Assembly (NCBI GenBank): GCA_031362565.1
Contig: JANLSU010000119.1
Span: 33,398-97,397 of the forward strand
Reading direction: 5' to 3'
DNA from: a bacterium
Lineage (GTDB): Bacteria; Krumholzibacteriota; Krumholzibacteriia; G020349025
Length of the DNA stretch: 64,000 nucleotides
The notes beneath the pieces were generated by a model. The model worked only from the letters and a program-made list of their open reading frames with translations. It did no database searches and was not told where the DNA came from. The position numbers were made by a program, and so were the translations under genes. Position 1 is the first letter of the stretch. Each line of letters starts with the position of its first letter. Positions 26,658 to 35,500 of the stretch are shown here, piece by piece.

Positions 26658-29561
26658 GTGACCTTTGCGTTGGGCGTTGCGGTCGCGGTTCCCGCGACCG
26701 CGACTAAGCTCACCGCCGAAGTCGATCCCTTCATCGGCACCGGTGGCACCGGCCACACCTATCCCGGCGCCACAACGCCGTTCGGAATGGTCCAGGTCAG
26801 TCCGGACACGCGGCTCGACGGCTGGGAGGGTTGTAGCGGCTATTGGTACCCCGAGAAATACATCTACGGTTTCTCGCACACCCACCTCTCCGGAACCGGC
26901 GTCGGCGATTACTGCGACATCCTCTTGATGCCCGGTGTGGGCGAGGTGCGGTTCGACAACGGGGCCGGCGGCAAGCCCGGATACCGGAGTGCGTTCCACC
27001 ATGAGGAAGAATGGGCCACTCCTGGATACTATGCGGTGCACCTGCTCGACTCGGATGTGCGCGTGGAGCTGACGGCCACGCCGCGGACCGGACTACATCT
27101 ATATACATTCCCAGGCGATGGGGCCGGCCACGTCCTCCTCGACCTCGTGCACCGCGACGAGGTTCTGGATAGCAGTGTGCGGATCGTGAGTGATCGCGAG
27201 GTGCGGGGCTTCCGCCGCTCGCGCGGCTGGGCCCAGGACCAACGGGTGTATTTCGCCCTGCGCTTCTCCCGGCCGCTCGTCTCGCATGTCATCCAACAGG
27301 ACGGCGTGCGCTCCGCCGATATCACGGCAGCGGCGGGCAAGGCGATTCGCGCCGCGTTCGAGTTTGGCCGCGGTGCGCCGCTCCGTGTCCAGGTCGCACT
27401 CTCGGCCGTCGATGAGGCGGGCGCGGTGCGCAACCTGCAGGCAGAAGAGGCGGGCGCCGGTTTCGAAGCCGCGCGCCGCCGCGCCGAACAATCTTGGGAG
27501 AAGGAACTCGGGCGCATCCGCATCGACGGCGGCACGCCCACCCAGCGCCGGGTGTTCTATACGGCTCTCTATCACGCCTTCTTGCAGCCGAATCTCTACA
27601 GCGATGTCGACGGGCGCTATCGTGGCCGCGATCTGCAGATTCATCACGCCGATGCCGGTAATCAGTACACGGTGTTTTCACTCTGGGACACGTTTCGTGC
27701 CGCGCACCCGCTGTACACGTTGCTTCTCTGGGATCGCACCCGCGACTTCGCCCGCACCTTCCTGCGCCAATATCAGGAGGGCGGTTTGCTGCCGGTTTGG
27801 GAACTGGCTGCCAACGAGACGAACTGCATGATCGGCTATCACGCCGTGCCCGTCCTCGCCGAGGCGATCTTGAAAGGCATCCCGGGCATCGATGCGGAGA
27901 AGGCGTTCGAGGCGATGTGCACGAGTGCCGCCCAAGACCGGCGCGGCCTCGACGCCTACCGGCGCCACGGCTTCATCCCCGCCGACGAAGAAGGCGAGTC
28001 GGTGAGCCAGACGCTCGAGTACGCCTACGACGACGCCTGTATTGCGCGCGTCGCTGCCAAGCTGGGCAAAGACGCCGGCGAACGCGAGTTCCTGCGCCGG
28101 GCGCGCGCCTACCGGCATCTCTACGATCCGGCAACCGGGTTCATGCGCGCCCGTCTGCACGGCCATTGGTTCGACCCCTTCGACCCGGCGGAGGTCAACT
28201 TCCACTACACCGAGGCCAACGCCTGGCAATACACCTTTTGCGTGCCGCAGGATGTCGGTGGACTCATCCGCTTGCACGGCGGTGAACGGCGCTTCGCGGC
28301 GCAGCTCGACTCGCTCTTTGCGACGCAGTCGCAGCTCCACGGCACCCAGCAGGCCGACATCACGGGCCTGATCGGCCTATATGCCCAAGGCAACGAACCC
28401 AGCCATCACATGGCGTACTTGTATGCGTACGCCGGGCAACCGTGGAAGACGCAGGCGCTCGTCCGGCGCATCGCCGACGATATGTATCGCGACGGACCGG
28501 AAGGCTTGCCCGGCAACGAGGACTGCGGACAAATGTCAGCTTGGTATGTTTGGTCGGCACTCGGCCTGTATCCGGTCGACCCGGCGTCCGGCGATTACAT
28601 TCTCGGCAGCCCACGCTTCCCACGTGCGACGCTGCAACTCGGCAACGGGCGGCGGTTGGTCATTCGCGCTACGCCGAACGTCGCCACGGATCCCTACGTG
28701 CAGGCGGTACGGTTCGACAACGAACGGCTCGATCGTGTCTCGGTGACCTGGGATGAACTCATCGCCGGCGGCGAACTCGCATTCACGATGGGGCCAGGGC
28801 CGGCCGCTGCGCCCACTTCCCGGCCGCCGGAGCGCTTGCCGCCGTCCGATGTGTTGCCGGCGCCGTTCGTGGCGCAAGGCGCGCGCCTCTTCACCGGCAG
28901 CACCACCGTGACGCTGGGCTGTGCGGATGCGGCCGCGGCCATCCACTACACGATAGATGGCTCGGTGCCGATCCTCGCTTCACCGGTTTTCGAAACCGCG
29001 GTGCAAGTCGATCGAACCACGACCATCCGCGCCGTTGCGGTGCATGATGCCGCCCGCAGTCCGGTGATCGACTTGTCATTCTTCCGCAAGATCCCCGGCC
29101 GGCATGTCGAGCTGCACGCGCACTACACGCCACGCTACGGTGCGGGCGGCGACGACGCACTGATCGACGGCCTGCGCGGCAAAGCCAACTTCCGCCTCGG
29201 CGCCTGGCAGGGGTTCCAAGGCCAAGACCTCGAAGCCCGCGTCGACCTGGGCGCCGCGCCAGAACTCCAACGCCTGACGCTCGGCTGCCTTCAAGACACC
29301 CGTTCGTGGATTCTGCTGCCGCTGGCGGTCGATTTTGCGGTTTCCACCGACGGAGTGCACTACGAGTCCGTTGGCACCGCGACACACGATGTCCCCGACC
29401 GCAACCTGGACGTCCTGGTGCGCGATCTCCAGGTGAGCTTTCCGCCGCGGCGGGCGCGATTCGTCCGCATCCGGGTGCATTCTTACGGCCCGCTTCCCGC
29501 CTGGCATCCGGGCGCCGGCAGCCCGTCGTTCATTTTTGTGGATGAGCTCGTCGCCGAGTAG
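26658..29561 (+). CDS. GH92 alpha-mannosidase with C-terminal FN3-associated and F5/8-like domains
   Basis: VDPFIGTGGTGHTYPGA, PFGMVQVSPDT, GFSHTHLSGTG, FSLWDTFRA, TLEYAYDD, YTEANAWQY, GNEPSHH, GNEDCGQMSAWY. Start uncertain (26505-26658). Confidence 0.93.
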   Translation: MTFALGVAVAVPATATKLTAEVDPFIGTGGTGHTYPGATTPFGMVQVSPDTRLDGWEGCSGYWYPEKYIYGFSHTHLSGTGVGDYCDILLMPGVGEVRFDNGAGGKPGYRSAFHHEEEWATPGYYAVHLLDSDVRVELTATPRTGLHLYTFPGDGAGHVLLDLVHRDEVLDSSVRIVSDREVRGFRRSRGWAQDQRVYFALRFSRPLVSHVIQQDGVRSADITAAAGKAIRAAFEFGRGAPLRVQVALSAVDEAGAVRNLQAEEAGAGFEAARRRAEQSWEKELGRIRIDGGTPTQRRVFYTALYHAFLQPNLYSDVDGRYRGRDLQIHHADAGNQYTVFSLWDTFRAAHPLYTLLLWDRTRDFARTFLRQYQEGGLLPVWELAANETNCMIGYHAVPVLAEAILKGIPGIDAEKAFEAMCTSAAQDRRGLDAYRRHGFIPADEEGESVSQTLEYAYDDACIARVAAKLGKDAGEREFLRRARAYRHLYDPATGFMRARLHGHWFDPFDPAEVNFHYTEANAWQYTFCVPQDVGGLIRLHGGERRFAAQLDSLFATQSQLHGTQQADITGLIGLYAQGNEPSHHMAYLYAYAGQPWKTQALVRRIADDMYRDGPEGLPGNEDCGQMSAWYVWSALGLYPVDPASGDYILGSPRFPRATLQLGNGRRLVIRATPNVATDPYVQAVRFDNERLDRVSVTWDELIAGGELAFTMGPGPAAAPTSRPPERLPPSDVLPAPFVAQGARLFTGSTTVTLGCADAAAAIHYTIDGSVPILASPVFETAVQVDRTTTIRAVAVHDAARSPVIDLSFFRKIPGRHVELHAHYTPRYGAGGDDALIDGLRGKANFRLGAWQGFQGQDLEARVDLGAAPELQRLTLGCLQDTRSWILLPLAVDFAVSTDGVHYESVGTATHDVPDRNLDVLVRDLQVSFPPRRARFVRIRVHSYGPLPAWHPGAGSPSFIFVDELVAE

Positions 29562-29627
29562 GCAGGGTGGCCGCGGGCATCTTTCTCGAACGCCGGTGTA
29601 TCATTATTGGCATCGGGGAGGCGCGCC

Positions 29628-29858
29628 GTGCAAGTACTGATCGGGATTCTGGTCCTTGCCGCCATCGCCGCCGTCGTTCTGCGGGGGAAGGGTTCCCGCT
29701 TCAAGCGCGGCCGGCGTATCAAATGCGACGGTTGCCGCCACCTGCGCCGCAAGTTCGACGATGGCGTGATGTGCGGCTACGGTTCACGCGAAGTCTTCAA
29801 GACCTCGGCGCACATTCGCATGTGCGGCGATTGGCAAGCGGCCGAGCGCCGGCGTTAG
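29628..29858 (+). CDS. Small membrane-anchored 4-Cys protein (76 aa)
   Basis: GGGGAGG RBS before GTG 29628; TM LIGILVLAAIAAVVL; CDGC...C...H...C. Confidence 0.65.
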   Translation: MQVLIGILVLAAIAAVVLRGKGSRFKRGRRIKCDGCRHLRRKFDDGVMCGYGSREVFKTSAHIRMCGDWQAAERRR

Positions 29859-29883
29859 CCGCGGCGCCCGGGCCGCCGCACGA

Positions 29884-30408
29884 TTAGAACGACCAGTTGA
29901 CGATCGGCAGCACCGGCAGGCTCTTCTTGTCCTGAATCACATTCACGAGGCCGATCTGCAGGCCGTTCATTTTCTGGGTGATGTTGAGCAGCCCCAACTG
30001 AAACCCACGCATCGACTTCGTGTTGTTGATGACGCCCCACTGGAAGCCGTGCGCCGCGTCGGAGCCGTTATACAGCCCGGTCGCCAAGCCTTCGAACGTC
30101 TTCGAGATGTTGATGTAGCTGCCCTGCCAACCGGTGAATTTGCCGTCGACCAGGCCAATAATTGTCCACTGCACGCCAGTGAAATCTCCCGTCGTGCGGC
30201 TGGCGATCCCGTAGTCGAGACCCACCATGTCGTGATTGACACCATAGATCACGTCGAGTCGCAGTCCATGAACATCGGTTGCGGGCTTGAAAATTTGCAC
30301 CGGGCTGAACAATGCGATCTGAATCGGTTTGGCATCGCCCGCTTGCACGGTGGTCGCAGCCACACTCAGCGCGAGGGTCAACACGGTTGCGATGGCTGTA
30401 CAGCGCAT
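29884..30408 (-). CDS. LA_2272-family surface repeat (beta-solenoid) secreted protein
   Basis: Signal peptide; PIQIALFSPVQ, GLRLDVIYG; repeated G-x-Q-x-G-x-x-N units; LPIVNWSF end. Confidence 0.8.
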   Translation of the reverse strand: MRCTAIATVLTLALSVAATTVQAGDAKPIQIALFSPVQIFKPATDVHGLRLDVIYGVNHDMVGLDYGIASRTTGDFTGVQWTIIGLVDGKFTGWQGSYINISKTFEGLATGLYNGSDAAHGFQWGVINNTKSMRGFQLGLLNITQKMNGLQIGLVNVIQDKKSLPVLPIVNWSF

Positions 30409-30509
30409 TCTCGTCTCCAGGGTGGGGTCGTAGGGTTCAGGTTGTCTCGTCCGCAGTGGCGAGACGGCGTAGTTTCGTCGATTGCGGCGCACGCGTCAAG
30501 CAAGGCGTC

Positions 30510-31019
30510 TTACATGTTGCCCTCATCCGCCGACGGGCCATAGAGGGACGGCACCGCAACATCGTTCAAGCGCAGATAGACACCGAGCTGCGCCCGATGG
30601 TGGATCCCATGGTTGAGAACCGGGCTGCGCATGACGGCGATTTTCGGCATCGTAAAGAGCGCCTTGCCGGCGGCCTTCAACGTCCAGGGACGCACGAACA
30701 CCTCGTCGGACGCCGCCAGAATTGCCGCCCGCATTTTGACGAGATTCGCATCGAACGCCGCAACCAGCTCGGCTGCCGTCTTGTATTGCGATGGCGTGTA
30801 GCTCGGTCCGTCGACGGGCGCGATGTCGAGCTCGTCGACTTCCATCGTCACCGCGCCCCAGTTGGGAATGTCCGCCAGGTGGTTCGCAAGACGGCCGAGC
30901 GCCATCGACTTTGCGTGCGGTTTCCAGTCGAACTTGCCTTCGGGCACCCGCTCGAGCACCTTGCGGGTGCCGCTCATCTCCTGGTCCACTTCCGGCAGGA
31001 TAGCTTGGCTCAAGGCCAC
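30510..31019 (-). CDS. DinB/YfiT family protein
   Basis: TRKVLERVPE...WKPHAKSMALGRLANHLA; NHGIHHRAQLGVYLRLNDVAVPSLYGPSADE; RBS AAGGAGG. Confidence 0.92.
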   Translation of the reverse strand: MALSQAILPEVDQEMSGTRKVLERVPEGKFDWKPHAKSMALGRLANHLADIPNWGAVTMEVDELDIAPVDGPSYTPSQYKTAAELVAAFDANLVKMRAAILAASDEVFVRPWTLKAAGKALFTMPKIAVMRSPVLNHGIHHRAQLGVYLRLNDVAVPSLYGPSADEGNM

Positions 31020-31164
31020 GGGATTCCTCCTTCAAGAGACGACGATTGCCGGCGAGGGCTTGGGCGGTATTCTAGCCCGAAGCCCGCCCCGCTTGGCATG
31101 CCGGTTTGCGCCGCCGGATTCCGTGACGCGCCGCGCTTGCAATGCAGGATGGGGTCCGCGCATC

Positions 31165-31737
31165 ATGGGCGGCGCGCTGGACGCCACGGATCCAGCAAAC
31201 GTGCATGCCACCCTGGTTGCGTTGGGAGAACTCGTGTCGCGTGCAAAGTCATCGGCCTCAGGATCGTCGCGGCGCAAGCCGGCCAAGTCCAAGCCGCGTT
31301 CGGCCACCCCACGCGCCAAGGCGTCCCGCGCCCCGGCACGGCCAGCGCCTGCCGGACGGAAGCGGGCGCGGCGCAAGGCGAAGGACCCGCACGAACGCGC
31401 CGCACATCTTGTCGGCTCAGCGCGCGACGCCGGACAGCATGCCCGACCGCACGAATCGCCACGGCGCGACGACTGCGGCCGCGACTGGACCCGCGGCGAA
31501 GTCGAACGCGAGGTGCGCGACATCGTCGGCACGCTGGCACAACTTCCCGCCGGCACCGTGACGCTCGCAACGCGCTTCTCCGAAGATCTCGATTGGGACA
31601 GTTGGTTCGTGCTGGCCGTCGTCAAACCGATCGCCCGCCGGCTGCACGAAGAGCTTACCGACTTCGTCATCCTGCAACTCGAGACGGTCGGTGATCTGGT
31701 CAACTACGTTTGGGCGCGCATGGAGATCGCGGCATGA
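31165..31737 (+). CDS. Protein with basic low-complexity N-terminus and C-terminal acyl-carrier-protein-like domain
   Basis: VREVRDIV-like helix, TRFSEDLDWDSW (D-S at the phosphopantetheine position), LETVGDLVNYV. Start uncertain. Confidence 0.6.
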   Translation: MGGALDATDPANVHATLVALGELVSRAKSSASGSSRRKPAKSKPRSATPRAKASRAPARPAPAGRKRARRKAKDPHERAAHLVGSARDAGQHARPHESPRRDDCGRDWTRGEVEREVRDIVGTLAQLPAGTVTLATRFSEDLDWDSWFVLAVVKPIARRLHEELTDFVILQLETVGDLVNYVWARMEIAA

Positions 31738-32528
31738 AACTGCGGTTGATGTTGGGCGTGTGGTGCGCGGGCAGCGTGACCTCCAGCGCCGCGGCGGACG
31801 AAATCCCCGGCTGGGCGTGGCGCGTCGGACATTCGTACTCGTCGATTTCGGCGCTACGGCAACCGGCGACGTTCGTCGTCAGCTCCGATCTCGGCCGCCC
31901 GACTCTGACCGTGCTCGATGTCGGCGGACTCGTGTCGGGGCCGGTCGGCATCCACAGCGGCATCGACCTCGGCGCGCGGTATGCGGGCGGCTCGGCGCGC
32001 GGCCGGAGCCGGCGCGCGTTCGATGCGACACTGCGCGGTTGGCATCGCTCGGAGCGGCTCATCGTCGCGACCAACACCGGCTTCGAAGCCGACGGCGGTT
32101 TCGACGTCCGGAAGGGCACGATGGGTGCCGAAGCGACGATCACCCACGGGCCACGCGGCTTGGGCCAGCCATGGAGTCCCACGGTGCGCCTGCGCTGGCG
32201 GCCTTGGATCGGCGTGGCGCGCGGCACGGTTTTCGCGGGCGACGAAACCAGCACCGACGGCGAAGAGGGTGCTTTCTGGCGCGGGCACGCGCGGCTCGAA
32301 TTGCACTATGCAGCCGGGGGTGGTGCGAGCCCGAGCGCCGAGCTGGATGTCGAAGCCACCGGCTGGTTGATCTTTGACGATTCGCGCCCCGAGGGGTTCA
32401 TCAAGACAGCGCTTGCAGTGCCACTGGCGCGGGGTTTGTCGATCACCGCCAGTGCCGATGCCGGTCGCGAACCACCGCGCTTCGAACTCGCCCGCCGCCT
32501 TGGCATCGGGATCGGCTACCGGCATTGA
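31734..32528 (+). CDS. Hypothetical exported, probable beta-barrel outer-membrane protein
   Basis: ATGA overlap with the upstream stop; signal peptide ending SAAA; amphipathic strands; C-terminus LGIGIGYRH. Confidence 0.5.
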   Translation: MKLRLMLGVWCAGSVTSSAAADEIPGWAWRVGHSYSSISALRQPATFVVSSDLGRPTLTVLDVGGLVSGPVGIHSGIDLGARYAGGSARGRSRRAFDATLRGWHRSERLIVATNTGFEADGGFDVRKGTMGAEATITHGPRGLGQPWSPTVRLRWRPWIGVARGTVFAGDETSTDGEEGAFWRGHARLELHYAAGGGASPSAELDVEATGWLIFDDSRPEGFIKTALAVPLARGLSITASADAGREPPRFELARRLGIGIGYRH

Positions 32529-32558
32529 GAACTGAACGGCGTGCGTGTTCCTGTCCGC

Positions 32559-35500
32559 CTACGCCAACGGCCGGCTTCGGCCTCGCGCCAGCGATTCGAC
32601 CGCCAGGAGGAGTTCCGCCGGTTCGACCGGCTTTGCCAGGTGCAGATCGAAACCGGCGCGCAGAGCGCGGGTGCGATCGCCCGGCGACGCAAATGCCGTG
32701 AGCGCAATGATCGGAATCAGGCCGCCGCGCCCCGGCGGCAGAGCGCGAATCGAACGGACCAGGTCGTAACCGTCGCGCTCGGGCATGCCGATATCGCTGA
32801 CCAGCACCTCGGGGCGTTGCTGCTGCATGATTTCCATCGCCTCGTCCGCGGACCCGGCGGTGATCACTTCCGCCCCCGCGCCTTCCAAGACGCGCCGCAG
32901 CGGTTCACGTGCGTCCATGTCGTTGTCCACGACCAGCACCACGACACCGCCCAGCGACACCATCGTTGCATCTGCCACTTGCTCCGACAGCGTTTTTGGC
33001 GCGCCGATCGCTCGCAACGGAAGCGTCACGGTAAAGGTCGCACCCTGTCCCTTGCCGGCGCTTTGAGCGGCCAACCTCCCGCCGTGCAGTTCCACGAGCT
33101 GCTTTGCGATCGCCAGGCCGAGACCTAAGCCGCCGTGCCCGCGGCTCGTCAACGGGTCGGCCTGGCGGAATCTCTCGAAGAGATACGGCAAGGCTTCGGG
33201 GTTGATGCCGGCGCCGGTGTCACTCACGGTCACCTCCACCCGCGTGTCGATGCAGCGCAACGCGAGGCGAATCTCGCCCTGGCGCGGTGTGAACTTGATG
33301 GCGTTGGCGAGCAGATTTCCGAAGACCTGCTGCAAGCGGTTCCCGTCTCCGGAGACCACGGCGGCGGTCGCCGGTTCGATGTCGCGAATAATACCGATTC
33401 CCTTCGCAGTTGCATCCGGCAACACACCCTCGATCGTCGCGTTGATGACGGCACCCAGATCGAGTTCAACGACGTCGAGCTGGATCTTGCCCGAGGTCAG
33501 CCGGTTCACATCCAAAAGGTCGCCGATGAGATCGGATTGCATTCGGCCGTTGCGGTCGATCACTGCGAGACCCTGGCGGAGGTCCTCGGCGCTCACGTCC
33601 GGACGCTGGAGGAGCTGAGTCCAGCCGCGGATGGCGTTGAGCGGCGTACGGAGCTCGTGGGAGAGAACCGCGAGAAAATCGGTCCTGCCCCTGTCGATTG
33701 CCGCCAGCTCCTCGACGCGCTTGGACAATTCTTCCTGCAGCCGCTTCTGATTGTCGATGTCGACGCAGGTGCCAAACCAGCGCAAGATCTCGCCTGCCTC
33801 GTTCTTGATCGGCAACGCCCGGCCCATGAACCAGCGATAGCCACCACGGACGCGGTCCTTGAAGCGATATTCGATGTGGTAGGGCTCGCCCGTTCGCACA
33901 CATCCGAAGTAGCTGTCGAGACGGCGCTGCACGTCGTCCGGGTGGAGAATCGCCTCCCAGACTTCCTGCTCGTAGCTCTCCGCAAAGCCCGTGTATTCGT
34001 ACCAGCGCTGATTGAAGTAGTCGATGCGGCCATCGGGCCGGGCCGCCCAGACAATCTGCGGCATGGCATCGGCAAGTTCCCGGAATCGGACCTCGCTCTG
34101 GTGGAGCGCTTCCTCGGCCCGCTTGTGCTCCGTGATATCGATGATCGAAACGAGCCAGACGCGTTTTCCGGCCAGGGTGATTTCGCTGCCGCGGACCTCG
34201 ACATCGATGACCTCGCCGCTTTTCTTGCGATGCTGGCAGAGTTCCAGTTCGGGTGGGCAGTGCGACGGCCCCGTCAGCGCCGCCCGGAGCGCGGCGCCGG
34301 TCTCGGGTGTGTACACGTCCAAGATGTTCATGCGCAGGAACGCTTCGTGGCTGTAGCCGTAGTGCTCGACCGCCGCCTCGTTGGCATCGACAAACCGCAG
34401 CGTCTCCAACTCGAACGCCCACTTTGGCAGTGGGCTGCGGTCGAAAAGCAGCTTGAATTTTTCGGCGCTTTCCCGCACTGCGACCTGAAACTGCAATTTT
34501 TCGGTCACGTCTTCGATCCCCAGGAGAATGCGCGCTGGCTGGCCGCTGGGGTCGCTGAGGCGTCGCGCGTTGAGCAGCATGGTGCGCCGGCCCAGGCCGA
34601 CAAAATCGTGCGTGACCTCGACGTTGTTGAAAACGCTTTCCATCGGCAAGATGTTCTCGAGCAGTTCCCGCAGTTTCGGAATGTCCCACTGGCGATTGCC
34701 TATTTCATAGATCAGCTTGCCCTCTGCCTCCGCCGGCGAGACCTTGAAGGTCTTGTAAAACGCTTCATTGGCCGTATGGACGCGGAGGTCGACGCTGAGA
34801 ATCAACAGCGGGTCGCGGGCCGTGCGCACGATGGCTTCGGCGTAATCGCGGGCGGCGGCGACGGCTTGTCCGCTGCGTTTGAGGTCCGTGATGTCCACCA
34901 GCACCAACACCGCGCCATCGACCTTGTTATCGAGGGTGAAATAGGGGCGTACTCGCAGGGAGAACCAGCGTCCATCGCCATCGCTTACTTCGTGCTCATC
35001 CTCGCGCACGGTATCGATGACGCCGGCGGCCAAGGCCCCGAGCGTGGCGGCGGTCTTCTGGCGGCGTGCCTCGAACACAAGATTGTGCCGGACGCTGCCG
35101 ATGGGGCGGCCGACGTCGACGGCGAGGAGGTTGAAGAGTTTCGCTGCTTCCGTACTGAAGCGCCGAATCGTCAGGTCGCGCCCGAGGAGCACGATGGCCA
35201 GACGGGTGGAAGTCTGCAAGTTGACGAGATCGCTGTTGAGGAGGCTTAACTCGGTGTTCCGGCCCGCCATTTCCTCGTTGACGGTGGTCAACTCTTCGTT
35301 TGCCGACTCGAGTTCTTCCTTCGAGGTCTCCAACTCTTCGTTGGTGCTCTGCAACTCTTCGTTGGCGGACTGGACCTCTTCGTTGGAGGCTTGAAGCTCC
35401 TCGTTGACCGCTTCGTGTTGTTCCTGAATCGCTTGAACGAAGTCGCGCATCTCCGCGAGATCCGCTTCCAAATCCTCGAGCCGGCGGGATTCGACCTTCC

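Noticed and set aside
26484..27041. N-terminal extension of the xylF ORF
   Set aside because: It overlaps GH92 on the other strand. The lipoprotein signal starts at 26483.
33135..35249. Long antisense ORFs (704 aa here; also 6933-8756, 17698-19641, 4128-5666)
   Set aside because: Typical high-GC antisense shadows of well-supported genes, with no motifs.
35270..35400. 21-nt periodic repeats as a possible CRISPR or VNTR
   Set aside because: They are degenerate coding heptads with no spacers.
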